A stretch of 63,845 bases of DNA, filler included, from Octopus bimaculoides (Eukaryota), in assembly GCF_001194135.2 (NCBI RefSeq). It is 8 parts of 8 records of this genome, joined end to end, with 100 filler letters (N's around TTAATTAATTAA, not from the genome) between each part and the next. Parts side by side here need not be neighbours in the genome. Positions count along the whole stretch, not along the records: positions 13,570 to 19,096 come from NC_068985.1; positions 19,197 to 27,026 come from NC_069001.1; 6 more parts are not named here. One strand, written 5' to 3'. The notes beneath the pieces are model-generated. The model did no database searches, was not told the origin of the DNA, and saw only the letters and a program-made list of their open reading frames with translations. Of the stretch, positions 13,601 to 26,755 are shown piece after piece (position 1 is the first letter of the stretch; every line of letters begins with the position of its first letter). A program made the translations under genes and the position numbers.

Positions 13601-14500
13601 AATCAATGAAATTTTCCTTGACTTTTACGCATGCACTGCCTCGCACCTTGGCCAAATACACTTGTCTCTTAATAAACACTCCATCTCTATTGCCTGCTTG
13701 AAAATTCCATGCGCTGTAATATAATGCGGATGGCGTTTACTGAAAGATTTCTTTGTTAAAGAAAAAAAAAATAACGAAACTCTTTGGCATATTGAGAAGC
13801 CATTAGTGTAAATGGTGTGTAGAATTATCTAACGATAAAAATACTCGAACGATATTGTAAAATCAAATAGGAAAAGTCAAGGTACAACGATGAATCAACT
13901 GAATCAAGCAAATCTATAGTAACATTTTCATATTGATGCTTTCTCATGCGTAACAGGATCTAAGCATTTCCACATAATATCTTTCATTCAACGCGCAGCT
14001 TCAATTCTGGAATCTGGGAATTGAGTACAATGAAGAAATCTAAATACTTTATTAATAATTACGCTGTAAAATATGATTTAAAGCATTGAATTTTTTCTTT
14101 TCACAAACTGACATTTTGTGTTCCTTTTTTTTTTGTAAGAACCTCGGATATTAAATGATCGTTTCCTGTCGATTCATGTTTGGTTATAGGAAAAGTGGTA
14201 TCATGTACACGGAAAGAAAGATGCAATTGAAATATGCTCACACGAAGTTGTGCGGTTTAATTATATATCAACATAATTTCTGACGGATATTTTCTGCCAA
14301 AATACTAGGGAAAAATGCGTTAAAAGAAACAGATTTTTATGTTCGAAGAATAAGTGCATTTTTTTTTTTAATAGCCAATGTTTATCTGAATTTCTATTTG
14401 CAAAGTTAGAGTATATGAAAATATTTGCCCAAAGATTTTCTTCAAATTATGAAATTATGAAAGAAATAGGTAGAGATACACAAAAATGGAGTAGCGTTGT

Positions 14501-14504
<4 letters not shown>

Positions 14505-14540
<36 letters not shown>

Positions 14541-14619
14541 GTCTCTCTCAAATACACACTCACTCGCTCTCTCCTTCTTTCTCTTTCTTTCTGTCTGTCT
14601 GCTTCTGTCTCTCTCTATT

Positions 14620-14686
<67 letters not shown>
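14505..14686. repeat. (CT)n microsatellite running into a gap; (GT)n on the far side (15066-15170)
   Basis: Direct reading. Confidence 0.95.
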
Positions 14687-15065
14687 NNNNNNNNNNNNNN
14701 NNNNNNNNNNNNNNNNNNNNNNNNNNNNNNNNNNNNNNNNNNNNNNNNNNNNNNNNNNNNNNNNNNNNNNNNNNNNNNNNNNNNNNNNNNNNNNNNNNNN
14801 NNNNNNNNNNNNNNNNNNNNNNNNNNNNNNNNNNNNNNNNNNNNNNNNNNNNNNNNNNNNNNNNNNNNNNNNNNNNNNNNNNNNNNNNNNNNNNNNNNNN
14901 NNNNNNNNNNNNNNNNNNNNNNNNNNNNNNNNNNNNNNNNNNNNNNNNNNNNNNNNNNNNNNNNNNNNNNNNNNNNNNNNNNNNNNNNNNNNNNNNNNNN
15001 NNNNNNNNNNNNNNNNNNNNNNNNNNNNNNNNNNNNNNNNNNNNNNNNNNNNNNNNNNNNNNNNN

Positions 15066-15107
<42 letters not shown>

Positions 15108-15174
15108 TGCGTGTGTGTGTGTGTGTGTGTGGTGTGTGTATATGTATGTATGTATTTGTGTGTTTTGTGTGTGT

Positions 15175-15350
15175 CCCAACATCGCTTGACAACCGATGCT
15201 GGCGTGTTTAAGTTCCCGTAACTTAGCGGTTCGGCAAAAGAAGCCGATGGAATAAGCACTAGGCTCACAAAGAACAAGTCCTGGTGTCTATTTGCTCGAT
15301 TAAAAGCGGTGCTCCAGCATGGCCGCGGTCAAATGACAAAACAAATAAAT
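15175..15350 (+). mobile_element. SINE family C, 3' half
   Basis: Homologous to 6755-6935. Confidence 0.85.
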
Positions 15351-15571
15351 AAAAGAAAAACTATCATCTTTTTTCACGACGGATCTGAGGACATTTTAAG
15401 GAGATTTGTTTCTATTTCTAACAGGTCCAATCATTACGCTCCACTTCTGTCTCGACACAGTCACGTTTAATCTCTGTGAACGGCTGGATCATTGCTTAAT
15501 CGACAAGCGTTATTTCGTCACTTGTTAATTCAAAATGCGTGTTCCTTTAAGTGGTCGTCCTGTGAGAAATA

Positions 15572-15950
15572 GTGGAGGCGCAATGGCCCAGTGGTTAGGG
15601 CAGCGGACTTGTGGTCATAGGATCGCGGATTCAATTCCCAGACCAGGCGTTGCGAGCGTTTATTGAGCGAAAACACCTAAAGCTCCACGAGGCTCCGGCA
15701 AGGGATGGTGGCGAACCCTGCTGTATTATTTCACCACAACTTTCTCTCACTCTTACTTCCTGTTTCTGTTGTGCCTTTATTTGAAAGGGGCCAGCCTTGT
15801 CACGCTGAATCTCCCCCGAGAACTACGTTAAGGGTACACGTGTCTGTGGAGTGCTCAGCCACTTGCACGTTAATTTCACGAGCAGGCTGTTCCGTTGATC
15901 GGATCAACTGGAACCCTCGACGTCGTAAGCGACGGAGTGCCAACCAACAA
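15572..15950 (+). mobile_element. tRNA-derived SINE family E, full length
   Basis: GGAGGCGCAATGGCCCAGTGGTTAGGG (box A), GGATTCAATTCC (box B); body shared with 51057-51382; short CAAC tail. Confidence 0.85.
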
Positions 15951-16261
15951 CTGTCAGAAATATAAGCTCTACTAGATTGGTTTGTGATGTAAGCCTCTTT
16001 GTGGCTCGTTCGACCTGATTGATAAAAGCACTGAATTGTTCGGTTCACCCTCGCACCCCATGCCTTATGACGAGACGATGGTCAACACTGGAACATTTTA
16101 GGTCATGAAACTGTTTGATGGGATCTGACTTGTGATTAAACATTAGAGTCAGACCTGCTAGTAGAAAGTAACTCACCTTCTTCTGCCAATATCGGAGACA
16201 CTATGGAAAGAAAATGGTGATAGTTAATCTTCATTTTCCTCTGATTAAACAATTAAGAACC

Positions 16262-16640
16262 CGAAGAAGAAGAAGAAGAAGAAGAAGAAGAAGAAGAAGA
16301 AGAACAACAACAACAACAACAACAACAACAAGAAAATGAAGAAGAAGAAAAAGAAGAAGAACAACAACAACAACAACAAGAAAATGAAGAAGAAAAAGAA
16401 GAAGAAGAAGAAGAAGAAGAAGTAGAAGAAGAAGTAGAAGAAGAGAAGAAGAAGAAGAGGAAGAACAAGAAGAAGAAGAAGAAGAACAACAACAACAAGA
16501 AAATGAAAAAGAAGAAGAGAAGAAGATGAAGAACAACAACAACAAGAAAATGAAGAACAAGAACAAGAACAAGAACAAGAACAAGAAGAATAACAAGAAC
16601 AAGAACAAGAAGAAGAACAACAACAACAACGACGACGATG
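16262..16640. repeat. compound (GAA)n/(CAA)n repeat with higher-order units
   Basis: Four recurrences of the junction CAAGAAAATGAA near 16328, 16377, 16496 and 16543. Confidence 0.9.
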
Positions 16641-17538
16641 GCGGCGTCGACGAGGACAAGAAGGAAGGAAGGCGACCACGATGATGCGTTCAATGGTTGG
16701 GTGTCAATCCAATATGTTATCAAACTACGGAGAAGCTTAACATATATAAATATTCACGATTCATCATTTATTATTATTATTTTTTCCCTTTCTTTCTGTC
16801 CTTTTTGTGAATGTCAAAGGTTGGAATCGGTCGCCTAATTTTAGTTCTATACTTTAGCTGTTTCATTTGACTCACATTATTGCCAATGACCTTCGAAGAA
16901 CTTAGGAATGTCAGAACTCTGGTTTCATTATTGAAGTCAATAGGGCTGCTTATGGAAGAACGTACGCCACAAAATTAGCATTTGATGTTTGTCAGTGTTT
17001 TCTATTCCCTACCTTTTCAATTTATTTCAAATGAATAAATAGTTCCGGCGAAATTATTAAATTCAATCAACAAATAATATAAAGATGGTAATTTCTGTTT
17101 TGCTTTTTTTTTTAATTAGCTGTTTAATTAAGTGAACATCTTTAATAAATCTGTCTAGACATAAGAATGAGCGAAGTATTTTAGTTGTGGAAAGAAACTA
17201 ACAGAAAGTTTAAGAAAAATGCTGTTCTCATGAACAGATTACGAGATAAAGCGACTTGATATTGGATTTCAAAAATGGATTCCGAAATTGTTGTTGACAA
17301 CCGTTAGATAGGTGAGGCAGGCTCGATAGAGATGGGTCGGTAGAGTGAGGGGAAAGGTGGGACGGAGAAATCGATAAACAAGTTAAATGGTCTACTAGTA
17401 GGAAAGTGAGGGAGAGAGAGAGAAGGAAAGAAAGAGAGAGAGAAAGAGAGAGAAGAAAAGAAAGAAAGAGAGAGCGTACGATTTGGTGTTACAGAAGAAA
17501 TTAGAAGACAAAACAGCCAAGAGACAGCGAAGGAACGC

Positions 17539-17581
17539 TAGTAGTAGTAGTAGTAGTAGTTGTAGTAGTAGTAGTAGCCAG

Positions 17582-17638
<57 letters not shown>
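17539..17638. repeat. (TAG)n microsatellite
   Basis: Direct reading. Confidence 0.95.
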
Positions 17639-17639
<1 letters not shown>

Positions 17640-17884
17640 TAAACTGTTGTAGGAGAACTTGGCCAAAAGAACATGGATGTTCGTGGAAAGAACCAACCAT
17701 TTTGACATTAAACGTTGCTATGTCTGCGCGTGTATGTGTATGTGTGCGTGCGTCGGCACATGCGTGTCCGTGTGGGTGAATGCATGTGCACGTGTGTGCC
17801 TCTACGTCCGTACACACACATGTGAACACCTTTGTGTGTGTACGTTTGTTTGCATATGTGTGTATGCGAACATATATGCATGCG

Positions 17885-17944
<60 letters not shown>

Positions 17945-18681
17945 TGTATGTGTGTATGTGTGCGTATATATGTGTGTATGTGTGTGTGTATAAATGAAAT
18001 TGCGGAAGAAAATACTAATACGTTGAGAAGAAGATGATTGAATCGATGGATGAATGGATGGTTTAACGGATGAATAGATGGAGGGAAAGAAGACGAGATG
18101 TAAATCGAGAAAGAAATATTAAGTCAGGGATTTATAGGACGAAAGAGTGAAAACGAGAAACAACAAGGAAGTGATTAAGAAGAACAAATGAGAATAACGA
18201 TTGTATACTTAAAAGTGGTGTTAGTGGGAAGTTATGAGTGAAACATCAATGTCACTGCGTCAATTCTCTGCATTCATCTGAACCACGTGACCACATTTCT
18301 TCTAGGTTTGCGGGAATTATATGCACATTTTTATCCTCATGTGTCTCAATATATTATTCAACGTGGATTTGGAGATAATTCTGGCATGTGAATGATAGGA
18401 GAATCCAGTTGGCGTTTGATGTTTCTTGGTATTAACACCTGCGCTAGCTTATAGTTACGCATTGCATGAATTCAAGATTTGTTTCTGAAAGTAAGTCATG
18501 ATGCCAATGGTTTAGTTAATTCTGTTAAGTATATTGTGAGAGCCATCGTCGATTTGGGTCCTCTGTATCTAGAACGGGGCAACCCTTTGTCCGCATTTTA
18601 AAATTTGAAATCCGCATGTCCCTTTAAACCCGTACGAAACAAAAGATAAAGGGAATGGGTTGAGACATGTAATACAAGGGT

Positions 18682-18890
18682 TTCTAATTTAGCACAGGGC
18701 CAGTAGTTTTTGAGGGAAGTGAGAAGTCGGTTCCACTGACGGAAGTACTTGAATGTAACTTATTTTATCGACCCCGGAACGATGAAAAGCAAAGTCGACC
18801 TCGGCGGAATTTGAACTCAGAACGTAAGAACTAACGAAATGCCGCTAACCATTTTGCCCGGCGTGCTAACGATTCTGTCAGCTCACCGCT
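18682..18890 (-). mobile_element. SINE family A
   Basis: Reverse complement of 161-362 (AAAGTCGACCTCGGCGGAATTTGAACTCAGAACGTAA..CGTGCTAACGATTCTG.CAGCTCACCGC). Confidence 0.85.
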
Positions 18891-19008
18891 TGGAACCGCG
18901 CGAATACTCTGGAAGGTGCTCGAAAAATAAGAAGCGTTACCTTAGTTCAATGGTAGTGAACAGCTGACACCGTAATACATCTCCAGCGTTAGAAGCTGTG
19001 CAAAGGCA

Positions 19009-19096
<88 letters not shown>

Positions 19097-19196
19097 NNNN
19101 NNNNNNNNNNNNNNNNNNNNNNNNNNNNNNNNNNNNNNNNTTAATTAATTAANNNNNNNNNNNNNNNNNNNNNNNNNNNNNNNNNNNNNNNNNNNN
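19097..19196. other. assembly join spacer
   Basis: TTAATTAATTAA at 19141-19152. Confidence 0.95.
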
Positions 19197-19267
<71 letters not shown>

Positions 19268-19967
19268 ATACTCACACATATATATATATATATATATTCA
19301 CTTTTCATACAAAAACAGCTGTGTGGATTGGCTCCATACATGAGGTGCATGAATAATTTTGATCTTGGATACATAATAGGATCATCATTTAGTTTTTTAT
19401 TAAGACTAACTAAAATAATAATAATAATATTGCTTTATATATATGATTCACTTTTGTAAAAAGGTTTTTCAATGTCAACTTCCAGTATTGACATAGCAAC
19501 ATGTTTTTCAGTGTTTACTTCTAATATTGATGTAGCAACTACTGCTACCTAGACACATGTATGTATAACTGCTTCTGTTTCATTTCAGAAACTGTGTTCT
19601 TGAGTACGAAAAGTATACATAAAATAAATATCAGTTGAGCCCATAGGTCAATGTAATCTAGTTCTGCAAATCTTGCTGTCCTTTTGCCAAAATTTTATAT
19701 AGATATATGTGGCATTATTAGAACAGTTAAAACAACAGAGTGATTCCAGCATGGGAGACACATGTTAGACTCTCAGAAACACACAAAGACTTCACTTAAA
19801 CATTTATTGTTTGTAATATGGTGTGAAAACTTTCATTGCTTGAAATTACAACCTCTTCACTGAAAAATGTTTGCTAGTTTCAGCACACAAACTCAGATCA
19901 AAACACTAGTTCTGCAAGTACATCTCTGTAAAATAACTGAGTTACGTAGCATTATTACAGATGTGAT

Positions 19968-20152
19968 TAGCAGTGAGCTGGTTGAATCATTAGCAGGCTG
20001 GGCAGAATGCTTAGCAGCATTTTGTCTGTCTTTACATTCTGAGTTCAAATGGAACCAAGGTTGACTTTGCCTTACATCCTTTCGGGGCTGATGAAGTAAG
20101 TACCAGTGGGACACTGGGGTCGATATAATTGACAAAGCCCCTCCCCCAAATT
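19968..20152 (+). mobile_element. SINE family A, decayed
   Basis: Homologous to 161-362 with CpG decay. Confidence 0.75.
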
Positions 20153-20269
20153 TCATGTTAACCCTATAGCATTTAAGCCAGTCAGTTCAGGCCCAAATAT
20201 TCTACTTGTTTTAAGTTCAAACTAGCCAGATCCAGCCTCTCACACTTACCCTATGCTGTCATTCTAAAC

Positions 20270-21005
20270 CAGGCATTGTGGTGTGGTAAGAAGTTTGCTT
20301 CCCAACTACATGGTTCCGGTTTCAGTTCCACAGTGTGGCACCTTGGACAAATGTCTTCTACAATAGCCATGGGCTGATCAAAGCCTTGTGAGTGGATTTG
20401 GTAGACGGAAGCTGAAACGAGCCTGTCGTATATATATATATATNNNNNNNNNNNNNNNNNNNNNNNNNNNNNNNNNNNNNNNNNNNNNNNNNNNNNNNNN
20501 NNNNNNNNNNNNNNNNNNNNNNNNNNNNNNNNNNNNNNNNNNNNNNNNNNNNNNNNNNNNNNNNNNNNNNNNNNNNNNNNNNNNNNNNNNNNNNNNNNNN
20601 NNNNNNNNNNNNNNNNNNNNNNNNNNNNNNNNNNNNNNNNNNNNNNNNNNNNNNNNNNNNNNNNNNNNNNNNNNNNNNNNNNNNNNNNNNNNNNNNNNNN
20701 NNNNNNNNNNNNNNNTATATATATTTGTATATATACACATACACATATATATATATATATGTATCTTTGTTTGTGTAACATTGAGGAAAGGTAGCAATGA
20801 CCGACTTGTTCCACCACCCCTGCTTGAGAACAAGTGTTGATGTTTTTACATCCCTGTAACTTAGTGGTTTGACAAAAGAGATCAATAAAATAAGTACGTG
20901 GCTTTACAGAAAAATAATGAAGTACTAGGTGTGATAAGCTCAACTAAAATTCTTCAAGATGGTATTCCAGCATGGCCGCAGTCTGATGAGTGAAACAAGT
21001 TAAAA
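20270..21005 (+). mobile_element. SINE family C, full length, with internal (TA)n and a gap
   Basis: Head GGCATTGTGGTGTGGTAAGAAGTTTGCTTCCCAAC..GGTTTCAGTTCC..CCTTGGACAA.TGTCTT, then microsatellite and N gap, then 3' half at 20795-21005. Confidence 0.8.
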
Positions 21006-21286
21006 ACAAATGATGAAAGGCATCATCATAATTTCAGTGCTACATGACAACAATGCATGACTGATTCAAAACAACGTCAATAAATAAGTATTACATTTGA
21101 GAAAATGCTGTGAATGTTAAAGGGTTAAGCAAATAGATTGATGAGTTGAAGAGGTTGAGTTATTGTCATACTAGCACACCTTTATTTAAAGATTTCATTT
21201 CACCAAATTTAGATCATTATCTTCCATCTCCTTCCCCTCTTCCCCCTCCTCCTCCCGATCATCATCAACATCATCAACATCATCAA

Positions 21287-21318
<32 letters not shown>

Positions 21319-21751
21319 CTGCCACCACAACTTCCAGTTGCAGCAGCAGAACATAAAGATGGACAAAATGCCTCTAAGCATTTCAGCCAGCATGGTAACA
21401 ATTCTGCCAGCTGATTACCCTAGAATATCTTAAACTATTGAAGAGATTACATTAAAAACTCTATAGATCTTCTTAAAAACTGAATTAGAGTGCTTTAAAA
21501 GCTGAGCAAAATACCTTAAAATTTAAACTTAACATTACAATGACTACCTTCATGTTGTGCAAAATACTTTAAAATTCCCTTGACATGTAACCATTTAGAG
21601 TTTATAGTTAATTGTGGATTTGACATGTTGACTTGTTATATAGAGTATTGAAATATTTGACAATGGTTTGCTTGTTAGAGTGAACGCAAAAACAGTTGGA
21701 ATATTAGAGTATTTTATTGAAGTAACAAAATATATTTCCATTCAATTAATG

Positions 21752-21958
21752 ATTTCAAATTTGGCTGCAGTAATTTCAGGGCAGGCGGTATGTTGATTAA
21801 ATTGACCCCAGTGTTTCACTTGTAATTAATATATCAACCCCAAAATGATGAAAGGCAAAGTTGCTCTCAGCAGAATTTGGACTCAGAACTTGAAGATGGA
21901 TGAAAAGTCATAAAACATTTGCCTGGTGTGCTCACAATTCTGACAGCTTGCCAACTTA
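21752..21958 (-). mobile_element. SINE family A, decayed
   Basis: Reverse-complement similarity (AAAGGCAAAGTTGCTCTCAGCAGAATTTGGACTCAGAAC). Confidence 0.7.
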
Positions 21959-22039
21959 ATTTCCATCAAATTATTGAGAGCAGTAAACGAAGATATTTTT
22001 AAAGTAATTATCAAAATCTGTCTCAAATATTTGGACTAA

Positions 22040-22906
22040 AAGACAATGACTAACAGACTGGAAGATGTTTGTATATATTTCTATTTCAAATAAAAATTAA
22101 TGTGTGGGGAGACAATAATTACAGGACAACTGACCTCATATCAATGAAAGTAAAGTATTTTGAAAATTTATTTAAAACCAGATGAAGAAATTTCAGGAAA
22201 TGGATTGGTTTTATAACAAAATGGTTTTGAGAAAGGAAGGAGGACAAGGAATCAATATTTAAACCTGAAATAGAAAATGTAATCATCTGGGGAGTTCTGT
22301 AAAATGATCTGCATGTGTTTGCATTGATTACAACAAAGGTTTTGATTGTGTTGATCATCAAATATTGTGGATATGGTTGAAAGAAATGAGAGTGAGAGCA
22401 TTTTACCCTTTTCATACAAAACAACAAAGAGCTACAGTAAAACAGAATTTAGGTGACATAAAATGGTTTATAAAGCAAGAAAGAAATTAGTCAAGATTGC
22501 ATAGTTTCTCTTGTTTGTTTCAAAATGTGCAGTCAACAAAATAGATAAGATAGAAAGAATTAACATAAAAGGGGAAAGCAATTAAAAATCTGTGACATGC
22601 AGATGTCACAATCCAGGGGGTAAATGAAATGCATCTAAAAAGAATTTTGGAAAAGTTAATGGAAAGATTAAAGTGAAATTTAACAGACACACAGCTGCAT
22701 GTGTGCACTCAAAGCAAAACAAAAGATAAACTAACGTCAACTTTAAAGAAATTTAAGGATGGAAATCGAACAAAAGAAATGGTGCTGAGTGTACTATTTC
22801 TTTTTACTTTAGTCAAGAAGTAAGAACAGTGTCCATGACTATTTGCAGGACATCAACTCTGGTGAGATAGATGGTGAGAAGTTATCTTTCAATCAGGACT
22901 TAATGT
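22040..22906 (+). pseudogene. RTE-clade LINE reverse transcriptase relic, 5' part
   Basis: Frameshifted peptides TDWKMFVYISISNK, NNYRTTDLIS, QNGFEKGRRTRNQ, CIDYNKGFDCVDHQILW and IKNL*HADV match RTE/BovB-type motifs (DWKRSVFIPIPKK, NYRTIALIS, QAGFRKGRGTRDQ, FIDYAKAFDCVDH, INNLRYADD). Confidence 0.85.
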
Positions 22907-22907
22907 A

Positions 22908-23798
22908 CAGAGTATTCAGGCTATAGTTGACAGTTTGCATAGAAAGTAAAAAAAAAAGACAACATCCTATCTCAAAATTGAGTATTAAAAAAATCCAAAA
23001 ATATCAGCTAGATAATCGCTGGCGGTTAAGTTTACTCGAAGGAGCCACCCTCAGCCTCTACCACGACCTCAAGACAGCTCCAGAACATGGCATATGCATT
23101 CTTCACTGCGTTCTTGTAAAATCTTTAAATGTCCACTTGATCTAGGCTACCAGCTTGGCATTGGTGTTGCAGACTGAGCAGTTGGTGTCTTTCTCAATGG
23201 CAATCCACTCACAGTAATCCATGTGATTCAAATCGAGGGAATTATGAGGCTGGAAATTGGGACTAGTGAAGTGGAAGTCATAGACATTCTCTGATTCACT
23301 CTAGAAATACAGGAAGGAGCTGAACCCTGCTACCACACATATATGACTTTCTAGCAGCAACCCTCTCTAGCCAGGGTTTGACCACAATCTCAAGCAAAGC
23401 TTCACATAGCTGTCTGAGTTAAGCCTAAGGCCCTGTTCAAACAAATGGGTATGAATTCCAATGAGCAGATGCGGTCAGAATGCCTGTTGCATCCCTTCCT
23501 ATTGGCCAGAGCTTTGTCGTCTCCATCGCAGCTGTCCATGTCATGTCTTACTGCTTTTACAATGTCCACAAAATATTGAGCAACAGTCATAATACAGCAT
23601 TTTGACACCCAGCACGAATCATCATAATACAGGTAACCTTTTCCCAATATTCAGGTGGCTTCCAGTCCTCCATGTCAGCTAACATTTTCTTCTCTTAAAT
23701 CATATACTATTCAATGCCATTGACTGTTCACTAGTACATTTGTTCATGAAAAAAAAAGTGGTCATAAAATAATAATCAACTTTAACCTGAACACCCTG
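22908..23798 (-). mobile_element. internally deleted Tc1/mariner DD37D (maT-type) DNA transposon
   Basis: TIRs CAGAGTATTCAGGCTATAGTTG / CAACTTTAACCTGAACACCCTG (18/22 match), TA on the left. Minus strand from ATG 23673 reads MEDWKPPEYWEKVTCIMMIRAG.., joined to HLFEQGLRLNSDSYVKL..VVKPWLERV..QGSAP..NSLDLNHMDY (23243-23214). Confidence 0.85.
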
Positions 23799-24450
23799 TT
23801 AACGCTTGCTTTAGAGTGTAATCTATGAATGGCATCTGGGGTTCCAAGCAGTGATGTTAATCTGTACAACATTGTAAGTCTGCCATTCGAAGCTGATGAT
23901 TTCAAGATCAGGAAAGCTTACCCTCATAGGACTAAAGAAAATTATGAAAGATAAAGAAATATTGCATAAAACGAAAGAGAGGTTGTTAAAATAATTGATG
24001 ATATAAGCAGTAATGAGGTATGGATGTGAAAACTGGACAATTAATAAACAATAACTTAAGAAAATTAATGTATTTGAAATGCTGTATTGGAGAAGATTGT
24101 TTAGAATCTCACAGGCGAAAAGAAGAGCAAACAAATCAATACTGCAGCAAGAGAAAACTGACAGTAGACTGTGGAAGAATTGATTTTTAAACAAAGATTG
24201 AAATTTCTAGTTCTTATTATGAAGGCCGATAGCATAGAAAGCGAATTAGTACAGAAAAACTGGAGGTTCAAGAGAAACAGGTCAACCATTGAAAAAGATA
24301 AAGTGGAATGTATTGATAGCATGAAGGAGGAAAGTAGGACAATATCCTTTAATGAACTCTAGATGTGTACGACGAATAGAAAGAATCAGAGAAAATGTAT
24401 CAATTGAGATTGTGAAAATTTGAATATCACTAAGGGAGATGTACAAAAAT
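23799..24450 (+). pseudogene. RTE-clade LINE relic, 3' part
   Basis: AVMRYGCENWTINK, KINVFEMLYWRRLFRIS and KQRLKFLVLIMKADSIE match the RTE C-terminus (VVMYGCESWT, IDAFELWCWRRLLRV, KLQYFGHLMRR..SLEK); collinear with 22040-22906. Confidence 0.8.
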
Positions 24451-24806
24451 GTGATATCGAAGAAAGAAAGAAAAAGAGAAAACAGCAAGATAAAAAGACA
24501 CATAGCATCATCTGAAAAGTTGCAATAACTGAAGTATGTGACGGTATTAGAATGGATTATTAGGTAAGCTTTGTGACACCCTCAGCATGGTTACACTAAA
24601 CAAACCATGAATTCTTAAACAACAGAGACTATCTATCTATCTATCTATCTAGCTAGCTAGCTAGCTAGCTATCTAGCCAGCAATATGCATACATACATAT
24701 ATATATATATATATACATATACATATGTATATGTAAATATATATGTATTCATATGTATGTGTGTACATATATGTATGTAAATCTATATGTATTCATATGT
24801 ATGTAC

Positions 24807-24868
<62 letters not shown>

Positions 24869-25221
24869 CAAGGTTTGAACAGACACAACAAAATAAGGAA
24901 AACAAGAGAGACGAAAAAATAACGGACGGGAATTACAGACAAAGACACAGTACGCGGGATATTTACAGCTAAGTTTTCATCGTCAGTCAATGACCCAAAA
25001 TATCATAGTGGTTTCGCGTCAATATCATTGATACCACTCAGTCATGGAGTCGCCAATGCTGTTATTAAGCCATCGGAAAAAAGCTAGTGAATGTACACTA
25101 AGGCAGAGACAAAGACATTATATAAAAAGAACAGACAAAAATTATGCATATATAACAGCACGAAGGTTACGGCTATATACAAGAGGAGAAAAATTAATAA
25201 TTATACACATACCACAAATGG

Positions 25222-25267
<46 letters not shown>

Positions 25268-26688
25268 NNNNNNNNNNNNNNNNNNNNNNNNNNNNNNNNN
25301 NNNNNNNNNNNNNNNNNNNNNNNNNNNNNNNNNNNNNNNNNNNNNNNNNNNNNNNNNNNNNNNNNNNNNNNNNNNNNNNNNNNNNNNNNNNNNNNNNNNN
25401 NNNNNNNNNNNNNNNNNNNNNNNNNNNNNNNNNNNNNNNNNNNNNNNNNNNNNNNNNNNNNNNNNNNNNNNNNNNNNNNNNNNNNNNNNNNNNNNNNNNN
25501 NNNNNNNNNNNNNNNNNNNNNNNNNNNNNNNNNNNNNNNNNNNNNNNNNNNNNNNNNNNNNNNNNNNNNNNNNNNNNNNNNNNNNNNNNNNNNNNNNNNN
25601 NNNNNNNNNNNNNNNNNNNNNNNNNNNNGCAGAAAGTAAATAGACACCCTTAATTTTCAAAATTTCTGATTTAAGCGTCTTAATATGTTTTCAGCAGTGT
25701 AGAATTTACAGTGTAATTATTCTTTTTTATTCCAGGTGCCATTATATTAAATATTTGCGAAGAGTAACCATGCCACTTGGACGTTAAATAGTTACCCGAC
25801 ATTACTTCGTTAGGAGCATAGGGCCGGCTTCCCGGTTTCTCTGGCGTAGGACGTCAAATAATGATGATAATTATAATGCATGCATGTATGTATGTATTAT
25901 GTATGTGTGTGTATGTGCATGTGTGCATGTGTGTATGTGCATGTGTGCGTGTGTGTATGTGCATGTGTGCGTGTGTGTTAGTCCAGTCTACTCAGCTGTA
26001 AATAGGTGCCCACCAGCAAACACATTCAAGAGTTGACACAGAGTTCAGTGATCCTTAAAGAGTGGGTTTAAACAATATACACATCATTTATACATCACAT
26101 TAAAACGCGTTACACGTCTGTAGTTTTTTGGAGTTACAGGCAGCTTCTGAGTTTTAGCTACTAGTGTTCTTTGCGCAACTGTTATACTTTCTGGCAAATC
26201 AAGCTCATCTTTCATCATTTTCTGAATAGATTAACAATCATTGCTATGTCGAGAGTAAGATTTCTGTCCCTGTAACCTACTATCAGGTTGTTCTCGGGCG
26301 ATTTTCTGTACGGTAGTTTTGCAACAGCTGTCAGGATAATCTCACTGTTGATGTAAGTTTTGGGAGGGAAGTTTGCACAGAACTTACTCCGTAGCATATT
26401 TTACCACTTTGCGTCACAATTCTGTTTGTGTACATTAATTACAAATCCACCTTCAAAATGATTTTAGATCATCCTGGACAAAATCTTCTACTACGTGGAT
26501 AATATATTGTTAGTAAATAGCGCAATGTTTTTCACTCTCCACACGCAATCCGTGCTCAAGAGCAATTAACTTGTTACCTAGTCGACAGTTCCCTTAGATA
26601 CCATATAATCAATCACAAATTCGAAACTGTTTCATAGCTAATTTATGATTCATTTTTCATTTAAAAATAATGCCTACTTGTATGTATG

Positions 26689-26720
<32 letters not shown>

Positions 26721-26755
26721 CATCAATGTACATATATGACTGATATATATATATA

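Noticed and set aside
15572-15650. tRNA gene (also 161-250 and 42455-42525)
   Set aside because: Box A and box B are present, but I see no complete cloverleaf and each continues into a repeated SINE body
18306-18490. Possible exon (TTTCTTCTAG acceptor, GTAAGT donor)
   Set aside because: All three frames hit stops; no recognisable protein
24900-25060. Minus-strand hammerhead or PLE-LTR-like motif (CTGAG..stem..GAAAC..GTC)
   Set aside because: The core is non-canonical and helix I does not pair
26050-26450. Possible RTE C-terminal relic on the minus strand
   Set aside because: Similarity is too weak to call by eye
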